From: Candidatus Omnitrophota bacterium
Lineage (GTDB): Bacteria; Omnitrophota; Gorgyraeia; Duberdicusellales; 4484-171
DNA: 64,000 nt
Assembly (NCBI GenBank): GCA_043823745.1
Contig: JBDRAN010000028.1
Coordinates: 3,116 to 67,115, forward strand
Direction of reading: 5' to 3'
Shown here one piece after another: positions 9,937-20,538 of this stretch (the stretch's first letter is position 1; each line of letters starts with the position of its first letter). A model generated the notes under the pieces. That model worked only from the letters and a program-made list of their open reading frames with translations, was not told the DNA's origin and did not search any database. The translations under genes and the position numbers were made by a program.

Positions 9937-10179
9937 ATGCAAGCGATTTTTAGAGGTAAAACATACGGTGCCATATCGGTTGGCGAGCGAGGACAGATTG
10001 TGATTCCGGCCCAGTTGCGGAATGAGTTAAAGATAAGATCAGGGGATCGGCTCATGGTTTTTGCCAAGCCTGATCGAAGAGTAATTAGCCTTATGCCGGA
10101 GCGAGACTTCAGCCAATTTATAAAAAAAGCGGCTAAAGTAATCGATAAACTGGAAAAAGGCGTGTTAAAAAAACGATAA
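9937..10179 (+). CDS. AbrB/MazE/SpoVT family DNA-binding regulator
   Basis: ISVGERGQIVIPAQLRNELKIRSGDRL swapped-hairpin signature, strong AAGGAGG RBS. Confidence 0.9.
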   Translation: MQAIFRGKTYGAISVGERGQIVIPAQLRNELKIRSGDRLMVFAKPDRRVISLMPERDFSQFIKKAAKVIDKLEKGVLKKR

Positions 10180-10189
10180 TCATATCGGT

Positions 10190-11479
10190 ATGCCTCGAAT
10201 TACGCGTTCTTCTTTATTATTTGTATTTTTGTGCGTCGGGATTCCTTTGACTGGGCATTGTGATGAGGCCATGACCTGGCAGGATTGCATTAAGGAAGCG
10301 CAGAAGTACCATCCTGATCTGATTTCCGCAGAAGAAAACGTCAAGCAATCGCAGGCAAATAAAAATATTGCCGCAAGCGGTCTTTTCCCGCAGGTTTCAA
10401 GCTCCATCAGCGCTACTATCAAAGATACCAATGCTTACTCGGCAGGCAATAAAACCCACACGGTGGCTGATACCTATAAATATGGCGGAACGGTAACGCA
10501 GCTTATTTTTGACAGTTTCAAAACCAGCTCTCATGTTAAGGCCGCCCGCGAAAATGTAAAAGCGGCTCGGTATAATTACCGTTTTACCTCATCGCAGGTG
10601 CGTTTTCGTTTACGTACCGCGTTTGTCGATCTTCTGAAAGCCCAGGAGGCAGTCACGATTGCCCAGGAAATCTATAAAATACGAAAGAGTAACCTGGACT
10701 TAATTTCTTTGCGTTACGACTCCGGTATTGAACATAAAGGAGCATTATTGACCGCCCAGGCGAATCTTGCCGAAGCAGAATTCGAAATTAGTCAAGCGCG
10801 CCGAGCGCTTGAAGTGGCACAGCGGGAGCTTCTTAAAGAAATCGGTAGAGAAAAGTTTTCAGCGCTTCGCGCAATTGGGGAATTGAGTGTTTCAAGCAAA
10901 GACTGCCAGAAGCCTGACTTTGAAGCTTTGGCGGACAATACGCCCACATTGCGAAAATTGATTGCCCAGCGTATTGCCGCTCGCTACGGAATACGAAGTG
11001 CGCAGGCAAATTTTTTACCCGAATTAAGCGCGCAAGGAGGCATCGCAAGGAGCGGCAACCGGTGGCCCACAACAAGCAGGGAATGGTCTGCGGGGCTTAC
11101 TTTGTCATTACCCTTATTTGAAGGAGGCCTGCGCCTTGCGGAACTTGCGGGCGCTCGAGCCGTTTTTAATCAGGCAAAAGCTGACGAACGAAGCGCAAAG
11201 GCAGGGATTATCCTTACGCTTGCGCAGCAATGGGCGGCGTTTCGGGATGCCGCCGAGACGGTAGAAGTGCAAAATAAATTTCTTGTTGCCGCCGAGGCAC
11301 GCGCTAAAATCGCCGAGGAACAATATTCGTTAGGATTGCTGCAATTTGATAACTGGACGATTATCGAGGATACTCTGGTCAGCGCCAAAAAGAGTTTTCT
11401 AAATGCCCAGACGAATGCCTTGTTGGCCCAGGCGAATTGGATCCAGGCGAAAGGAGAGACGTTGGAATATGTTGAATAA
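10190..11479 (+). CDS. TolC family outer membrane efflux protein
   Basis: Signal peptide, two OEP repeats (FPQVS..., FLPELS..., LSLPLFEGG), operon context. Confidence 0.9.
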   Translation: MPRITRSSLLFVFLCVGIPLTGHCDEAMTWQDCIKEAQKYHPDLISAEENVKQSQANKNIAASGLFPQVSSSISATIKDTNAYSAGNKTHTVADTYKYGGTVTQLIFDSFKTSSHVKAARENVKAARYNYRFTSSQVRFRLRTAFVDLLKAQEAVTIAQEIYKIRKSNLDLISLRYDSGIEHKGALLTAQANLAEAEFEISQARRALEVAQRELLKEIGREKFSALRAIGELSVSSKDCQKPDFEALADNTPTLRKLIAQRIAARYGIRSAQANFLPELSAQGGIARSGNRWPTTSREWSAGLTLSLPLFEGGLRLAELAGARAVFNQAKADERSAKAGIILTLAQQWAAFRDAAETVEVQNKFLVAAEARAKIAEEQYSLGLLQFDNWTIIEDTLVSAKKSFLNAQTNALLAQANWIQAKGETLEYVE

Positions 11480-12425
11480 AAAAATGCGGTTATTGTTTAT
11501 CATGGCGGTGGTGGTGATTATTGCGGTGGTATCGATAGCTAAGGCTATGCAGAAGAAAGCATCCGGTGACATTATTAAGGAAATACAACCGGTTATGAGT
11601 TCTATTAAAACGTTTATATCATGTACCGGGACCGTGTTGCCTAAGAATCGTTTGGAAATAAAACCACCGGTAAACGGAAGAATAGAACGTATTTTGGTTA
11701 AGGAAGGTGAGAAGGTAACCATAGGGCAGGTTCTTGTTTTGATGAGCTCGACTGAAAGGGCAGCGCTCCTGGATGCCGCGCGTGGTAAGGGCGAAGCTGC
11801 TTTTGCGTATTGGGAGGAGACGTATAAACCAATACCGTTGCCGGCACCTATTGACGGTGAAGTGATCGTAGCGACTACGCAACCAGGTCAAACCGTGACA
11901 ACCGCTGATGCGGCGGTGGTATTGTCTGATCATCTCATCGTCCGAGCGCAGGTTGATGAGACCGATATCGGAAAGATTGTATTGGGAATGAAGGCGATTA
12001 TCACGCTTGATGCCTATCCGGATGTAAAAATAAAAGCATCCGTTGAACATATGTATTACGAATCGAAAACAGTAAACAACGTAACTATGTATGAAGTGGA
12101 CCTGGTTCCGGAAAATGTACCTCAATTTTTCCGTTCGGGAATGAATGCTTCCGTTGATTTTGTACACCATGACAAAAAAAATATCTTAGTCATTCCGGTT
12201 GAGGCAGTGCATACGGATAATGGCGAATCGTATGTTTTATCAAAGCAGAAAAACAATACAGGGCCCGTAAAAACGAAGGTAGCATTAGGAGTCTCCGATG
12301 ATAAGAATGTAGAAGTAATCTCCGGAATTACTGAGGATAGCCGGATTATGGTTAAGTCGAAACGGTACGCGCTTCCTCAGAATGCTGCCGGAAAGAATCC
12401 GTTTATGCCTGGCCGGTCGCGATGA
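11469..12425 (+). CDS. Efflux periplasmic adaptor subunit (MacA-like)
   Basis: N-terminal TM, lipoyl-like IKPPVNGRIERILVKEGEKV and APIDGEV, VDETDIGKI. Start moved to ATG 11469. Confidence 0.88.
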   Translation: MLNKKMRLLFIMAVVVIIAVVSIAKAMQKKASGDIIKEIQPVMSSIKTFISCTGTVLPKNRLEIKPPVNGRIERILVKEGEKVTIGQVLVLMSSTERAALLDAARGKGEAAFAYWEETYKPIPLPAPIDGEVIVATTQPGQTVTTADAAVVLSDHLIVRAQVDETDIGKIVLGMKAIITLDAYPDVKIKASVEHMYYESKTVNNVTMYEVDLVPENVPQFFRSGMNASVDFVHHDKKNILVIPVEAVHTDNGESYVLSKQKNNTGPVKTKVALGVSDDKNVEVISGITEDSRIMVKSKRYALPQNAAGKNPFMPGRSR

Positions 12426-14395
12426 TGATTAAAGTAGATACGATACATAAAACATATCATATGGGGGTTGTCGAGGTCCGCGCCTTGCAGGGTGTGTCGC
12501 TTGAGATTGCAACCGGAGAATTTGTGGCGATCATGGGTCCTTCAGGGTCGGGGAAGTCGACATTAATGCATATTCTTGGTCTTCTTGATAGGCCTGACGC
12601 CGGTGAGTTCTATCTGGGACAAAGGAAGATTAACGATCTTTCTGATGAGGAATTATCCGCGATCCGCAATCGGCTGGTTGGGTTTGTCTTCCAGCAATTT
12701 CATTTATTACCCCGGATGACGGCTTTAGAGAACGCCGAGTTACCGCTTATTTATGCGGGTAAACGGCATTTAAAAGAAAAAGCAGAGCGGAGGATCCAAG
12801 AGGTCGGGCTCGCCACACGAATGGATCACCGGCCGAATGAGCTTTCCGGAGGCCAGCAGCAGCGGGTTGCGATCGCCCGGTCACTTGTCAATGACCCGTT
12901 AATTATTATGGCTGATGAGCCGACAGGAAACCTTGACTCAAAAAGCCAGGAAGAGATTATGGCCATCCTTGAAAATTTAAATCAAAAAGGAAAGACCATT
13001 ATTATGGTTACGCACGAAAAGGAAGTCGCGGCGCACGCGAGGCGCATCATACATATGCGCGATGGGCGTATTACTTCTGATGAGAAATCGTACACCTCTT
13101 CTCAATCGCCCGAAGAAAATCAGGCAGATGCGATCATCGATGTGGTTTTATCGAAGTCTGAAAGAAAGGCCAGGCAAACTGAGTTCTGGGATTATCTGCA
13201 CCAGGCAGCAGGCGCCATGGTATCGCATAAAATGCGTTCGTTTTTATCTATCCTGGGCATACTCATCGGGGTAGCTGCGGTTATCGCTATGCTTGCGGTC
13301 GGCCAGGGAGCGAAAGAATCGATCGAGAAACAGTTGGCGGGGCTTGGCTCTAATCTTTTAGTGGTCAGGCCCGGCTCTGCAAGGGTCCACGGGGTAGCCA
13401 TGGAGTCCGGGGCAGTAACACGTTTTACCTTACAGGATGTTGCGTCTATCGCTAAACTGAGCGATGTGGTAAAGAGGGCGAGCCCCTCGGTAGCCGGCAG
13501 AGGCCAGATGGTATATGGAAATAAAAACTGGAATACGCGGGTTGAGGGAGTAGGAGTTGATTATGCCCAGATGCGCGCCGCAAAGCCGGAAATAGGAAGA
13601 TTTTTTACCGACGACGAGGTTAAAACGAGGGAAAAGGTTATTTTGCTCGGGACCACGGTGGCTCGGGAGCTTTTTGGAGATGCGAATCCTCTGGGCGAAA
13701 CAATAAAATTGAACTTGGGTAATTTTAGGGTCATCGGGATACTGCCTTCAAAAGGAGCGAATACGTTTCACGACCAGGACGACACGGCAATCATCCCCAT
13801 CACGACCGCCATGTTCAGGGTTTTCGGTAAGGAATACGTTGACTCTATCAATGTAGAGGCAAAAAGTGCTGATCTCATTGATGCTGCGCAGGCCGCCATA
13901 TCCGGACTTATCATAAAAGAGCACCGTTTAAGCAGTAAGGACGCAGAAGATTCGTTCCAGATCCGTAACATGTCAGACATTAAAGATACGCTTGAGGCTA
14001 CCACTAAAACAATGTCGTTGCTCCTGGGGTCAATTGCCGCTATTTCGCTTTTAGTCGGAGGCATCGGCATTATGAATATCATGCTGGTATCGGTTACCGA
14101 ACGCACGCGCGAAATCGGTTTACGTAAGGCGATCGGCGCCACCAATAAAGATGTGATGGTGCAATTTCTTATTGAGGCGATTCTTATGTCGCTTATCGGC
14201 GGCGCCGGCGGCATCGTCTTGGGGACAGGGATATCGTTTCTTATAACTCTTTTTGCCGGCTGGACCGTGAGTGTTTCTTCGTCTTCAATTATTCTTGCCA
14301 CAACTTTTTCGTTAATGATTGGCGTAATTTTTGGCCTTATGCCGGCGCAAAAAGCCTCGCGGCTTGACCCTATAGAGGCTTTGCGGTATGAATAA
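12422..14395 (+). CDS. macB: MacB-type ABC transporter, fused ATPase/permease
   Basis: [53 protein letters not shown], ends DPIEALRYE. Confidence 0.93.
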   Translation: MMIKVDTIHKTYHMGVVEVRALQGVSLEIATGEFVAIMGPSGSGKSTLMHILGLLDRPDAGEFYLGQRKINDLSDEELSAIRNRLVGFVFQQFHLLPRMTALENAELPLIYAGKRHLKEKAERRIQEVGLATRMDHRPNELSGGQQQRVAIARSLVNDPLIIMADEPTGNLDSKSQEEIMAILENLNQKGKTIIMVTHEKEVAAHARRIIHMRDGRITSDEKSYTSSQSPEENQADAIIDVVLSKSERKARQTEFWDYLHQAAGAMVSHKMRSFLSILGILIGVAAVIAMLAVGQGAKESIEKQLAGLGSNLLVVRPGSARVHGVAMESGAVTRFTLQDVASIAKLSDVVKRASPSVAGRGQMVYGNKNWNTRVEGVGVDYAQMRAAKPEIGRFFTDDEVKTREKVILLGTTVARELFGDANPLGETIKLNLGNFRVIGILPSKGANTFHDQDDTAIIPITTAMFRVFGKEYVDSINVEAKSADLIDAAQAAISGLIIKEHRLSSKDAEDSFQIRNMSDIKDTLEATTKTMSLLLGSIAAISLLVGGIGIMNIMLVSVTERTREIGLRKAIGATNKDVMVQFLIEAILMSLIGGAGGIVLGTGISFLITLFAGWTVSVSSSSIILATTFSLMIGVIFGLMPAQKASRLDPIEALRYE

Positions 14396-14615
14396 TACCC
14401 TTTTTATTCTTGTGGGTACTACGAGCGCTTGATGCGCGGTCGCGACAATTGCGTAACAGCCGTTCGTTATTGACGCAGTCACGATAAAGAAATTTTTGCC
14501 GGCTGATAGCGGTTTTACTTTCTATCGCGCGGGTGTTATTGTATGGTATACTGGTTTTCTTTGGGAGTACGAAAAGAGCCCTTATTGAAGAAATAATATA
14601 TACGGAGTACCTGAT

Positions 14616-15332
14616 ATGCGCAGCGTACTGAATGTTTTATTAGGTGTTATCTGCAGTATTGCGGTAGGATACTGCACCGGGCAACAGGTTTTTGCTTATG
14701 ACGGTACGGGTGAGAGAATTATTTACGTAATTTCTCCCTTTGGAACCGCTGAATATAACGATAAAGGGATCATAGAGCTTGAAGGTAAAGCGGTGCGCTT
14801 CACTACCTTTGAAACGCGCCTGACCGGATTCTCTGATTTAGAAAAGATCTATTCGGATGCGCAAAGCTTGTTGCCGTTGCGCGTAGAGCGGTTTGTTGCC
14901 TTTCCGATCGGAGCAGAATATCTGGTTGAGGAATATACCCCGGACGAAAACACGCTGGTTATAAACAAGTTTGTCGGAAAAAAGAAGGTCAAAGAATATC
15001 GTTATAAGGCCCAAGGACCGATGTATAACGCGATCATGCTCCCTTTTTATTTGCGCACGGTCCCGGATCTGGCTCTTGGGTGGTCGTTTCGCGCGCGGCT
15101 TCCCGTTCAATTCACGGTTACACTTTCCTCGATGGATGAGGTTATTGTCCCTGCCGGAACATTCCAGGCGTATCATTTTACGAGTGTACCGGCGAAATTT
15201 GAAATTTGGATCAGTGCCGATCAATATCGGATCCCTTTAAAAATAAAGGGATTAGGCGGGTATCGGTATACCTTATTTCTGAAAAAGTACTATCCTGCGA
15301 AAAAAAATACCCCACCGGCAGTTCCCGCTTAA
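14616..15332 (+). CDS. Exported DUF3108-like protein
   Basis: Signal peptide, VIVPAGTFQAYHF...FEIWISADQYRIPLKI C-terminal motif. Confidence 0.65.
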   Translation: MRSVLNVLLGVICSIAVGYCTGQQVFAYDGTGERIIYVISPFGTAEYNDKGIIELEGKAVRFTTFETRLTGFSDLEKIYSDAQSLLPLRVERFVAFPIGAEYLVEEYTPDENTLVINKFVGKKKVKEYRYKAQGPMYNAIMLPFYLRTVPDLALGWSFRARLPVQFTVTLSSMDEVIVPAGTFQAYHFTSVPAKFEIWISADQYRIPLKIKGLGGYRYTLFLKKYYPAKKNTPPAVPA

Positions 15333-15417
15333 ATTTCCTTGCCTCTTGTGATATTGGGCTTATAATAAGTGAACGTGACCAGGTACGCATTACGCGTTGA
15401 AATGAAAAGGGGGGCGC

Positions 15418-15717
15418 TTGAAGAAGATTTTTTTTGTGTTTTTTTTATTAGCGGGAATTATCGGGTGCGCGCAGCCGGAACGCGCGGGTATTCACTCCGC
15501 GGCAGCTACGATCACGGGCAATTCCGCGAAAGAGGATCGAGCGGTTCGCGCAGCGCAGCGGCCCGCGGATACACCGGCCGTTACTGTTATTGTTTTGGAA
15601 AACGAACGGATCGCTGATGAGGGTAAGTGGGGACTTTCCGTTTATAATCCTTCAACGGGCGTTACCGAGTATTATACGAGCGGTGGCGTGTTTCTGGCAC
15701 GTAGGATGAGGAGTTAA
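15418..15717 (+). CDS. Small hypothetical lipoprotein
   Basis: TTG start after a G-rich RBS, MKKIFFVFFLLAGIIGC lipobox. Confidence 0.55.
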   Translation: MKKIFFVFFLLAGIIGCAQPERAGIHSAAATITGNSAKEDRAVRAAQRPADTPAVTVIVLENERIADEGKWGLSVYNPSTGVTEYYTSGGVFLARRMRS

Positions 15718-15735
15718 TTCAGAACGCTTTATGCT

Positions 15736-16548
15736 ATGCGTGTGTTAAAAGGAACAATTCAAACAGGACGATTCACTATACCGTACCGGCTTTATGACAA
15801 TGCCGGTCCGCGCATTATTTGCTTAAACGGTGTTCAACAATCGATGGCCATGTGGCAGACGTTTGTTCACCGGTTTGGCGACACATACGCAATCACCATT
15901 TTTGATTTTCCCAATCAAGGCAAGGGAGAGATTATTTCCGGTTCGCATTCGGTATCGCTCGATGAACAAATTGAAATTCTCGATGCCGTCATCAAGAAGA
16001 CGTTTCCTCACGGGCACCTGATTATGTGTTCCGCTTCCTGGGGCGGGGTGGTCGCAGCGGCCTATGCGGTGCGGCATCCGGCGCGCGTCAAAACATTGGT
16101 CCTGGCAAGCCTTGGAACGCGGCCCAACAAGAATATGGTTGAAACCATCAGGAGGGGAGCGCTGATTGCCGGTGAAAATCGCCGGGAAATGGCTGAAACC
16201 CTGATAAAAAGTTTCGGCGGAAATCTTCCTGATGCGATGAAAAACCGGATCATCGGCCAATTTGAGCGCATGAGCCAGGAATCATTGAGGGCGTTTTACG
16301 AACACGGTCTTTTTGTTATCTCGACGAAAGAGATAAACAAAGCGGTCAACGTGGGCGCTATCGCCTGCAGAACCATACTTTTAAACGGCGAAAAAGACAC
16401 CATTATTGATTTAGAGGACGTAAAATACCTCGCTGCCCAGATCCCTCATGCAGAATTAAGGATCATCAAAGACGTCGGGCATTTCCTGCATTTGGAAAAA
16501 GAGGAGATGCTGGATGTGTATGAGAATATTCTTGATTCATGTAAATAA
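15736..16548 (+). CDS. Alpha/beta hydrolase
   Basis: FDFPNQG, SASWGG nucleophile elbow, GEKDTII, GHFLHLE. Confidence 0.85.
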   Translation: MRVLKGTIQTGRFTIPYRLYDNAGPRIICLNGVQQSMAMWQTFVHRFGDTYAITIFDFPNQGKGEIISGSHSVSLDEQIEILDAVIKKTFPHGHLIMCSASWGGVVAAAYAVRHPARVKTLVLASLGTRPNKNMVETIRRGALIAGENRREMAETLIKSFGGNLPDAMKNRIIGQFERMSQESLRAFYEHGLFVISTKEINKAVNVGAIACRTILLNGEKDTIIDLEDVKYLAAQIPHAELRIIKDVGHFLHLEKEEMLDVYENILDSCK

Positions 16549-16577
16549 GAAATTGATTTGCTTCAAGCTACAGGCCG

Positions 16578-16731
16578 CAGCCCCGTTACTCATAATAATA
16601 TTATTAAGCTTCGGGGCGTCCCGCACCTAATTATATTACTATAGGAAACGGGACAGCACCCGTTTTCTTTAATTGTTTATCAAGGTTCGGGGCGTCCCGC
16701 ACCTAAATAAAATATTTAGGAAACGGGACAG
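16578..16731. repeat. Array of four alternating GC-stem hairpins with variable AT-rich loops (76-bp period, REP/BIME-like)
   Basis: TTCGGGGCGTCCCGCACCTAA at 16610 and 16686, TAGGAAACGGGACAG twice, loops differ. Confidence 0.7.
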
Positions 16732-16761
16732 GCTTCAAGCCTCAGATTTGAATTCTATATA

Positions 16762-17169
16762 ATGAAAAAATTAACCTTTAAGATTTTTCTGCTTCTGATA
16801 CTGACAGATGTGCTTGAAACATCTTTGCAGTTTTGTTTCAAAAAGAGCGCCGTGTCTGCTCAAGGCGTAACGATTACCTCTAGCGGTGACCTCGCCGCCT
16901 TTATCGCAACGGTTATCGTTTCGCCTTTTTTGTGGCTGGCGCTAACCCTCGTGTTGGTTACTTTTCTTGTCTGGTCGTATGTCCTGACCAAGATTGATTT
17001 AAGCGTGGCAACTCCGGTGGCAAGCTTCAGCTATATCGGTGTACCTCTGGTGTCGATGGTATTTTTGCATGAGGTAATATCGCCGGTGCGCTGGGCAGGT
17101 ATTGTGCTTATACTGGTCGGCGTTGTGCTGGTTTCGGTAAGCGCCCGAAGTAAGAAGGTTTTGGCATGA
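16762..17169 (+). CDS. SMR/EamA family 4-TM transporter subunit (ArnE/F-like)
   Basis: 4 TM, KIDLSVATPVASFSY, FLHEVISPVRWAGI. Confidence 0.85.
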   Translation: MKKLTFKIFLLLILTDVLETSLQFCFKKSAVSAQGVTITSSGDLAAFIATVIVSPFLWLALTLVLVTFLVWSYVLTKIDLSVATPVASFSYIGVPLVSMVFLHEVISPVRWAGIVLILVGVVLVSVSARSKKVLA

Positions 17170-17546
17170 GCCACAATATTTTTTTAATAATCGGTCTTAT
17201 TTTTGCTACGGATCTTTTCGATACCACCTGTCAGTTGATCCTTAAATCAAGCATCAACAGGCTCGGTATTCATGTTAATAGTTTCAAATCTGCATGTATC
17301 TTTATCGGTAGGCTTATGTGTATCCCGCGGGTTTGGCTTGGGTTTTTATTCAGCACTATTTCGCTTATGCTCTGGCTCGTTGTTCTCTCCCGCGCAGACC
17401 TTAATCTTTCGTTTTCCCTTGACAGCATGCGCTATATTTTAATTGCCTTCGCTTCCGCCGCAATCCTTAGAGAAAGGATTGATCCCTTGCGCTGGGTCGG
17501 TATTTTTTGCGTTGTCTCGGGGATCACGCTTGTTGCTGTGGGGTAG
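17166..17546 (+). CDS. SMR/EamA family 4-TM transporter subunit (partner paralog)
   Basis: 4 TM, RADLNLSFSLDSMRY, LRERIDPLRWVGI, ATGA overlap with previous gene. Confidence 0.85.
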   Translation: MSHNIFLIIGLIFATDLFDTTCQLILKSSINRLGIHVNSFKSACIFIGRLMCIPRVWLGFLFSTISLMLWLVVLSRADLNLSFSLDSMRYILIAFASAAILRERIDPLRWVGIFCVVSGITLVAVG

Positions 17547-17601
17547 CGATTGGGGACGTCCGCGTACGCTCGGATGTTGGACGATTACAGATAGAGAAGG
17601 C

Positions 17602-17680
17602 GTATTGAGTACAGAGTATTGAGTATTGTGCAGGGAATAGAAATAATATTTAGTAAACTCAATACCCAATACTCGATACT
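17602..17680 (+). repeat. Family B heptamer hairpin element (GTATTGA...TCAATAC), copy 1
   Basis: Four 7-bp units, AT-rich spacer, inverted CTCAATACCCAATACTCGATACT arm. Confidence 0.8.
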
Positions 17681-17785
17681 TTTAATTAACTGTGGCGTAA
17701 GCTAATTCGCGGAAATTCGCGTTCCTCAATTAGCGGCAATTCGCGTTTAGCTACTTACTACTTAAAAATTGCACCAGGAGAGCCC

Positions 17786-18916
17786 TTGAATCTTCGCACC
17801 ATTGTTGTACGAAAAATTGAAGAAATTCCCCCCAAAGACTGGCTGGCTGTATTTCCGCACGTACTTGAAAATTATTATTTCTTTAAAACCCTCGATGAGT
17901 CAAGCATTGATCAGTTTTCTTTATCCTATATTATGGTTTATGACGGCGATACGCCGATAGGAGCCACCTCATGCTTCCTGATGCGTTTCCCCCTGCACAT
18001 AACGGTTACGGGCTTTCTACGAAAGTTCTATGAGGGCCTCAATAAAATTTTTCACGATCTTTTAACCCCGCGGGTATTGATGTGCGGGCTTCCGATGGGC
18101 CAAGGCAGGATCGGTGTCCGCGGCGAGCCGGCTCGCGTTATTGAGGTGATCCGTGTCGCCCTCGATGAGATTGCTTCGAGAGAAAAAGCTTCGTTGATCA
18201 TTTTTAAGGATTTTGTCGCCGCCTATGATTCTTTACTCGCACCTCTGACCAAGCGGGGTTTTTCAAAGATTGAGAGCCTTCCGTCAACGGGAATGAAGAT
18301 ATCCTGGAAGAGTTTTGATGAATATTTGAAGTCACTCAGTCGCGTCTCACGTGATGGCTTAAAAAGAAAATATAAGAAAACCGATGCCGCAGTAAAAATT
18401 GAGTGCGAAGAGCTTGGCGCGCTTGATGAGTCTACCGTCAGCGAAGTGTACGGCCTTTATATGCAAACGTTTATCAAGCTTGATATGGGGTTTGAGAAAT
18501 TGACGCCGGAATTTTTCAGACACGTTTCCGTGAATATGCCGCGCGAGGTAAAATATTTTCTTTGGAGGATAGACGGTAAGCTTGTGACCTTTGCGCTTGG
18601 TTTGGTTTCGGGAGATTATTTTATTGATTATTATCTTGGGTTTGATTACGGCGTGGCTCACGAATACAATTTGTATTTTATCCGGTTTCGTGACTTGCTT
18701 CGGTGGTGTATTCGAAACGGTATTGCTTATTATGAGATGGGCGTGACAACGTATGAGCCTAAGCGTCGCCTTGGTTTTGATTTTATCCGCCTGTATTTTT
18801 ACATGAAGCACCGCAACCGGTTCATCAATTTTTTCTTTGGCTTCTTCAGCCACTTCTTCAAGCCCGAGAACTTTGATTCTGTTTTTGACGATATGGAAGA
18901 AGAGAAGCCATCGTAG
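17786..18916 (+). CDS. Double-GNAT / FemAB-like acyl- or aminoacyl-transferase
   Basis: WKSFDEYLKSLSRVSR, YYLGFDY, YEMGVTTYEPKRRLG. TTG start with AGGAG RBS. Confidence 0.8.
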   Translation: MNLRTIVVRKIEEIPPKDWLAVFPHVLENYYFFKTLDESSIDQFSLSYIMVYDGDTPIGATSCFLMRFPLHITVTGFLRKFYEGLNKIFHDLLTPRVLMCGLPMGQGRIGVRGEPARVIEVIRVALDEIASREKASLIIFKDFVAAYDSLLAPLTKRGFSKIESLPSTGMKISWKSFDEYLKSLSRVSRDGLKRKYKKTDAAVKIECEELGALDESTVSEVYGLYMQTFIKLDMGFEKLTPEFFRHVSVNMPREVKYFLWRIDGKLVTFALGLVSGDYFIDYYLGFDYGVAHEYNLYFIRFRDLLRWCIRNGIAYYEMGVTTYEPKRRLGFDFIRLYFYMKHRNRFINFFFGFFSHFFKPENFDSVFDDMEEEKPS

Positions 18917-18920
18917 AACG

Positions 18921-18961
18921 CCCGCCAGCAATAGTTGGCGAGGTCTCGCCCGAAGGCGGAT
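18921..18961. repeat. ~40-bp double-hairpin REP-like element (core GGCGAGRTCTCGCC)
   Basis: Near-identical inverted copy at 34824-34863, related copy at 34974-35024. Confidence 0.7.
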
Positions 18962-19101
18962 GGGACTCAGCACTCAATACTCAATATGGTTTTTATACTA
19001 TGCGCTAAATCGGGGATACGGATGATAGATTCCTTTGACTTTTCCTGCCGGAGTGCTATAATTCTTTCGCTCGTCAGGTTATCTAACGATGCAATGTACC
19101 C

Positions 19102-20373
19102 ATGACCCATCACGTTACTCCACATAATCATCCTTCCGCGGCCTCCCCTCAGCCAACGGCAACGTTCTATGGCCTCGGTATCGCGCCTAAAATTCTTGAT
19201 ATTCTTGAACGTATCAAGTTTACGATCCCCACGCCTATTCAAACCAAAGCAATTCCTTTGGCAATTCAGGGGCAAGATATCGTTGGTATCGCGCAAACAG
19301 GTACTGGTAAGACCCATGCCTTCGCAATCCCTATGGTGCAGCACTTAGCACAGGGAAAAGGCAAGGGGCTTGTGCTTGCTCCTACGCGTGAGCTTGCGAT
19401 TCAAATTGATGAAGCGTTCAAGCCTCTGGCACAGGCATTTGGTATGTATACGGCCTGTCTCATCGGAGGAGCTCCCATGGAATCCCAAATTGCAGCGCTC
19501 CATAAAAAACCGCGTGTAATTATCGCGACGCCCGGAAGGCTTATTGATCATATTTGGCGGGGGAAGGTGTTGACAGATGATGTGGTAATGCTTGTGCTCG
19601 ATGAAGCGGATCGGATGCTTGATATGGGTTTTGCTCCTCAAATTGAACAGATTTTACGTTTTCTGCCGCGTGAGCGACAGACTATGCTTTTTTCCGCGAC
19701 GATCCCTAAGGAAATCATGATTATCGCGACGCAGCACATGAAGCTTCCCATAAGTGTTGAAGTAGCTCCCTCAGGAACTACCGCGGAGCGCGTTACCCAG
19801 GAGCTCTTTATCGTGCGTAGGGAAGCTAAGCTTAAATTGTTGCATAGCGTGTTGGCGCACTATCATGGTTCCGTTCTTTTATTTTCCCGCACCAAACACG
19901 GCGCCACTAAAATTGCCCGTAGTATCAGGGATATGCGCCACAGCGCCGCTGAAATACATTCCGACAGAACTCTGGGGCAGCGCAGACAGGCGCTTGAGGG
20001 TTTTAAGACAGGTAAATACCGGATACTGGTTGCTACCGATATCGCTGCCCGGGGCATTGATGTAACCGGGATTGAGCTGGTGATTAATTACGATCTCCCC
20101 GACGATGCGCAAAATTACGTGCATCGAATCGGACGCACCGGACGGGCAGGCTGTAAGGGGCATGCGATTTCTTTTGCTACACCTGAACAGAGCGATGAGG
20201 TGCGAGCGATAGAGAATGTTATCAGGGCAAACCTGCCTATTTCCCGTAATCCTGGATCTGCGCCCGAACAATTCAGCGAAGTACCACGCGTGCACCCTGC
20301 ACGGCGTTTTTCTTCCCACAACCGGAACCCACGTCAGAATTTCCACAGGCGTCCCGGTTCGTCGTCTCATTAA
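19102..20373 (+). CDS. DEAD-box RNA helicase (RhlE-like)
   Basis: Q motif, AQTGTGKT, PTREL, TPGR, DEAD, SAT, ARGID, HRIGRTGR. Confidence 0.95.
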   Translation: MTHHVTPHNHPSAASPQPTATFYGLGIAPKILDILERIKFTIPTPIQTKAIPLAIQGQDIVGIAQTGTGKTHAFAIPMVQHLAQGKGKGLVLAPTRELAIQIDEAFKPLAQAFGMYTACLIGGAPMESQIAALHKKPRVIIATPGRLIDHIWRGKVLTDDVVMLVLDEADRMLDMGFAPQIEQILRFLPRERQTMLFSATIPKEIMIIATQHMKLPISVEVAPSGTTAERVTQELFIVRREAKLKLLHSVLAHYHGSVLLFSRTKHGATKIARSIRDMRHSAAEIHSDRTLGQRRQALEGFKTGKYRILVATDIAARGIDVTGIELVINYDLPDDAQNYVHRIGRTGRAGCKGHAISFATPEQSDEVRAIENVIRANLPISRNPGSAPEQFSEVPRVHPARRFSSHNRNPRQNFHRRPGSSSH

Positions 20374-20538
20374 CAAATCGTTACTCCGAATCCCATCAGA
20401 AAAACCGCTTTTTTTAAGGGGTTGTGTCCAGCCCGTCAAAAAAATGGGTTGTGATTTTTTCTTCGGATGGTCCTTTATTTAAATAAAATAAATTGATTTG
20501 TAGTGATAAAAGGCTGGGTACGTAATTTTAATTAGACG

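Noticed and set aside
9937-10179. MazE/VapB antitoxin of a toxin-antitoxin pair
   Set aside because: The next gene is TolC, not a toxin.
16578-16731. Possible CRISPR array
   Set aside because: Only two repeat periods, variable parts are short AT-rich hairpin loops, and no cas genes are present.
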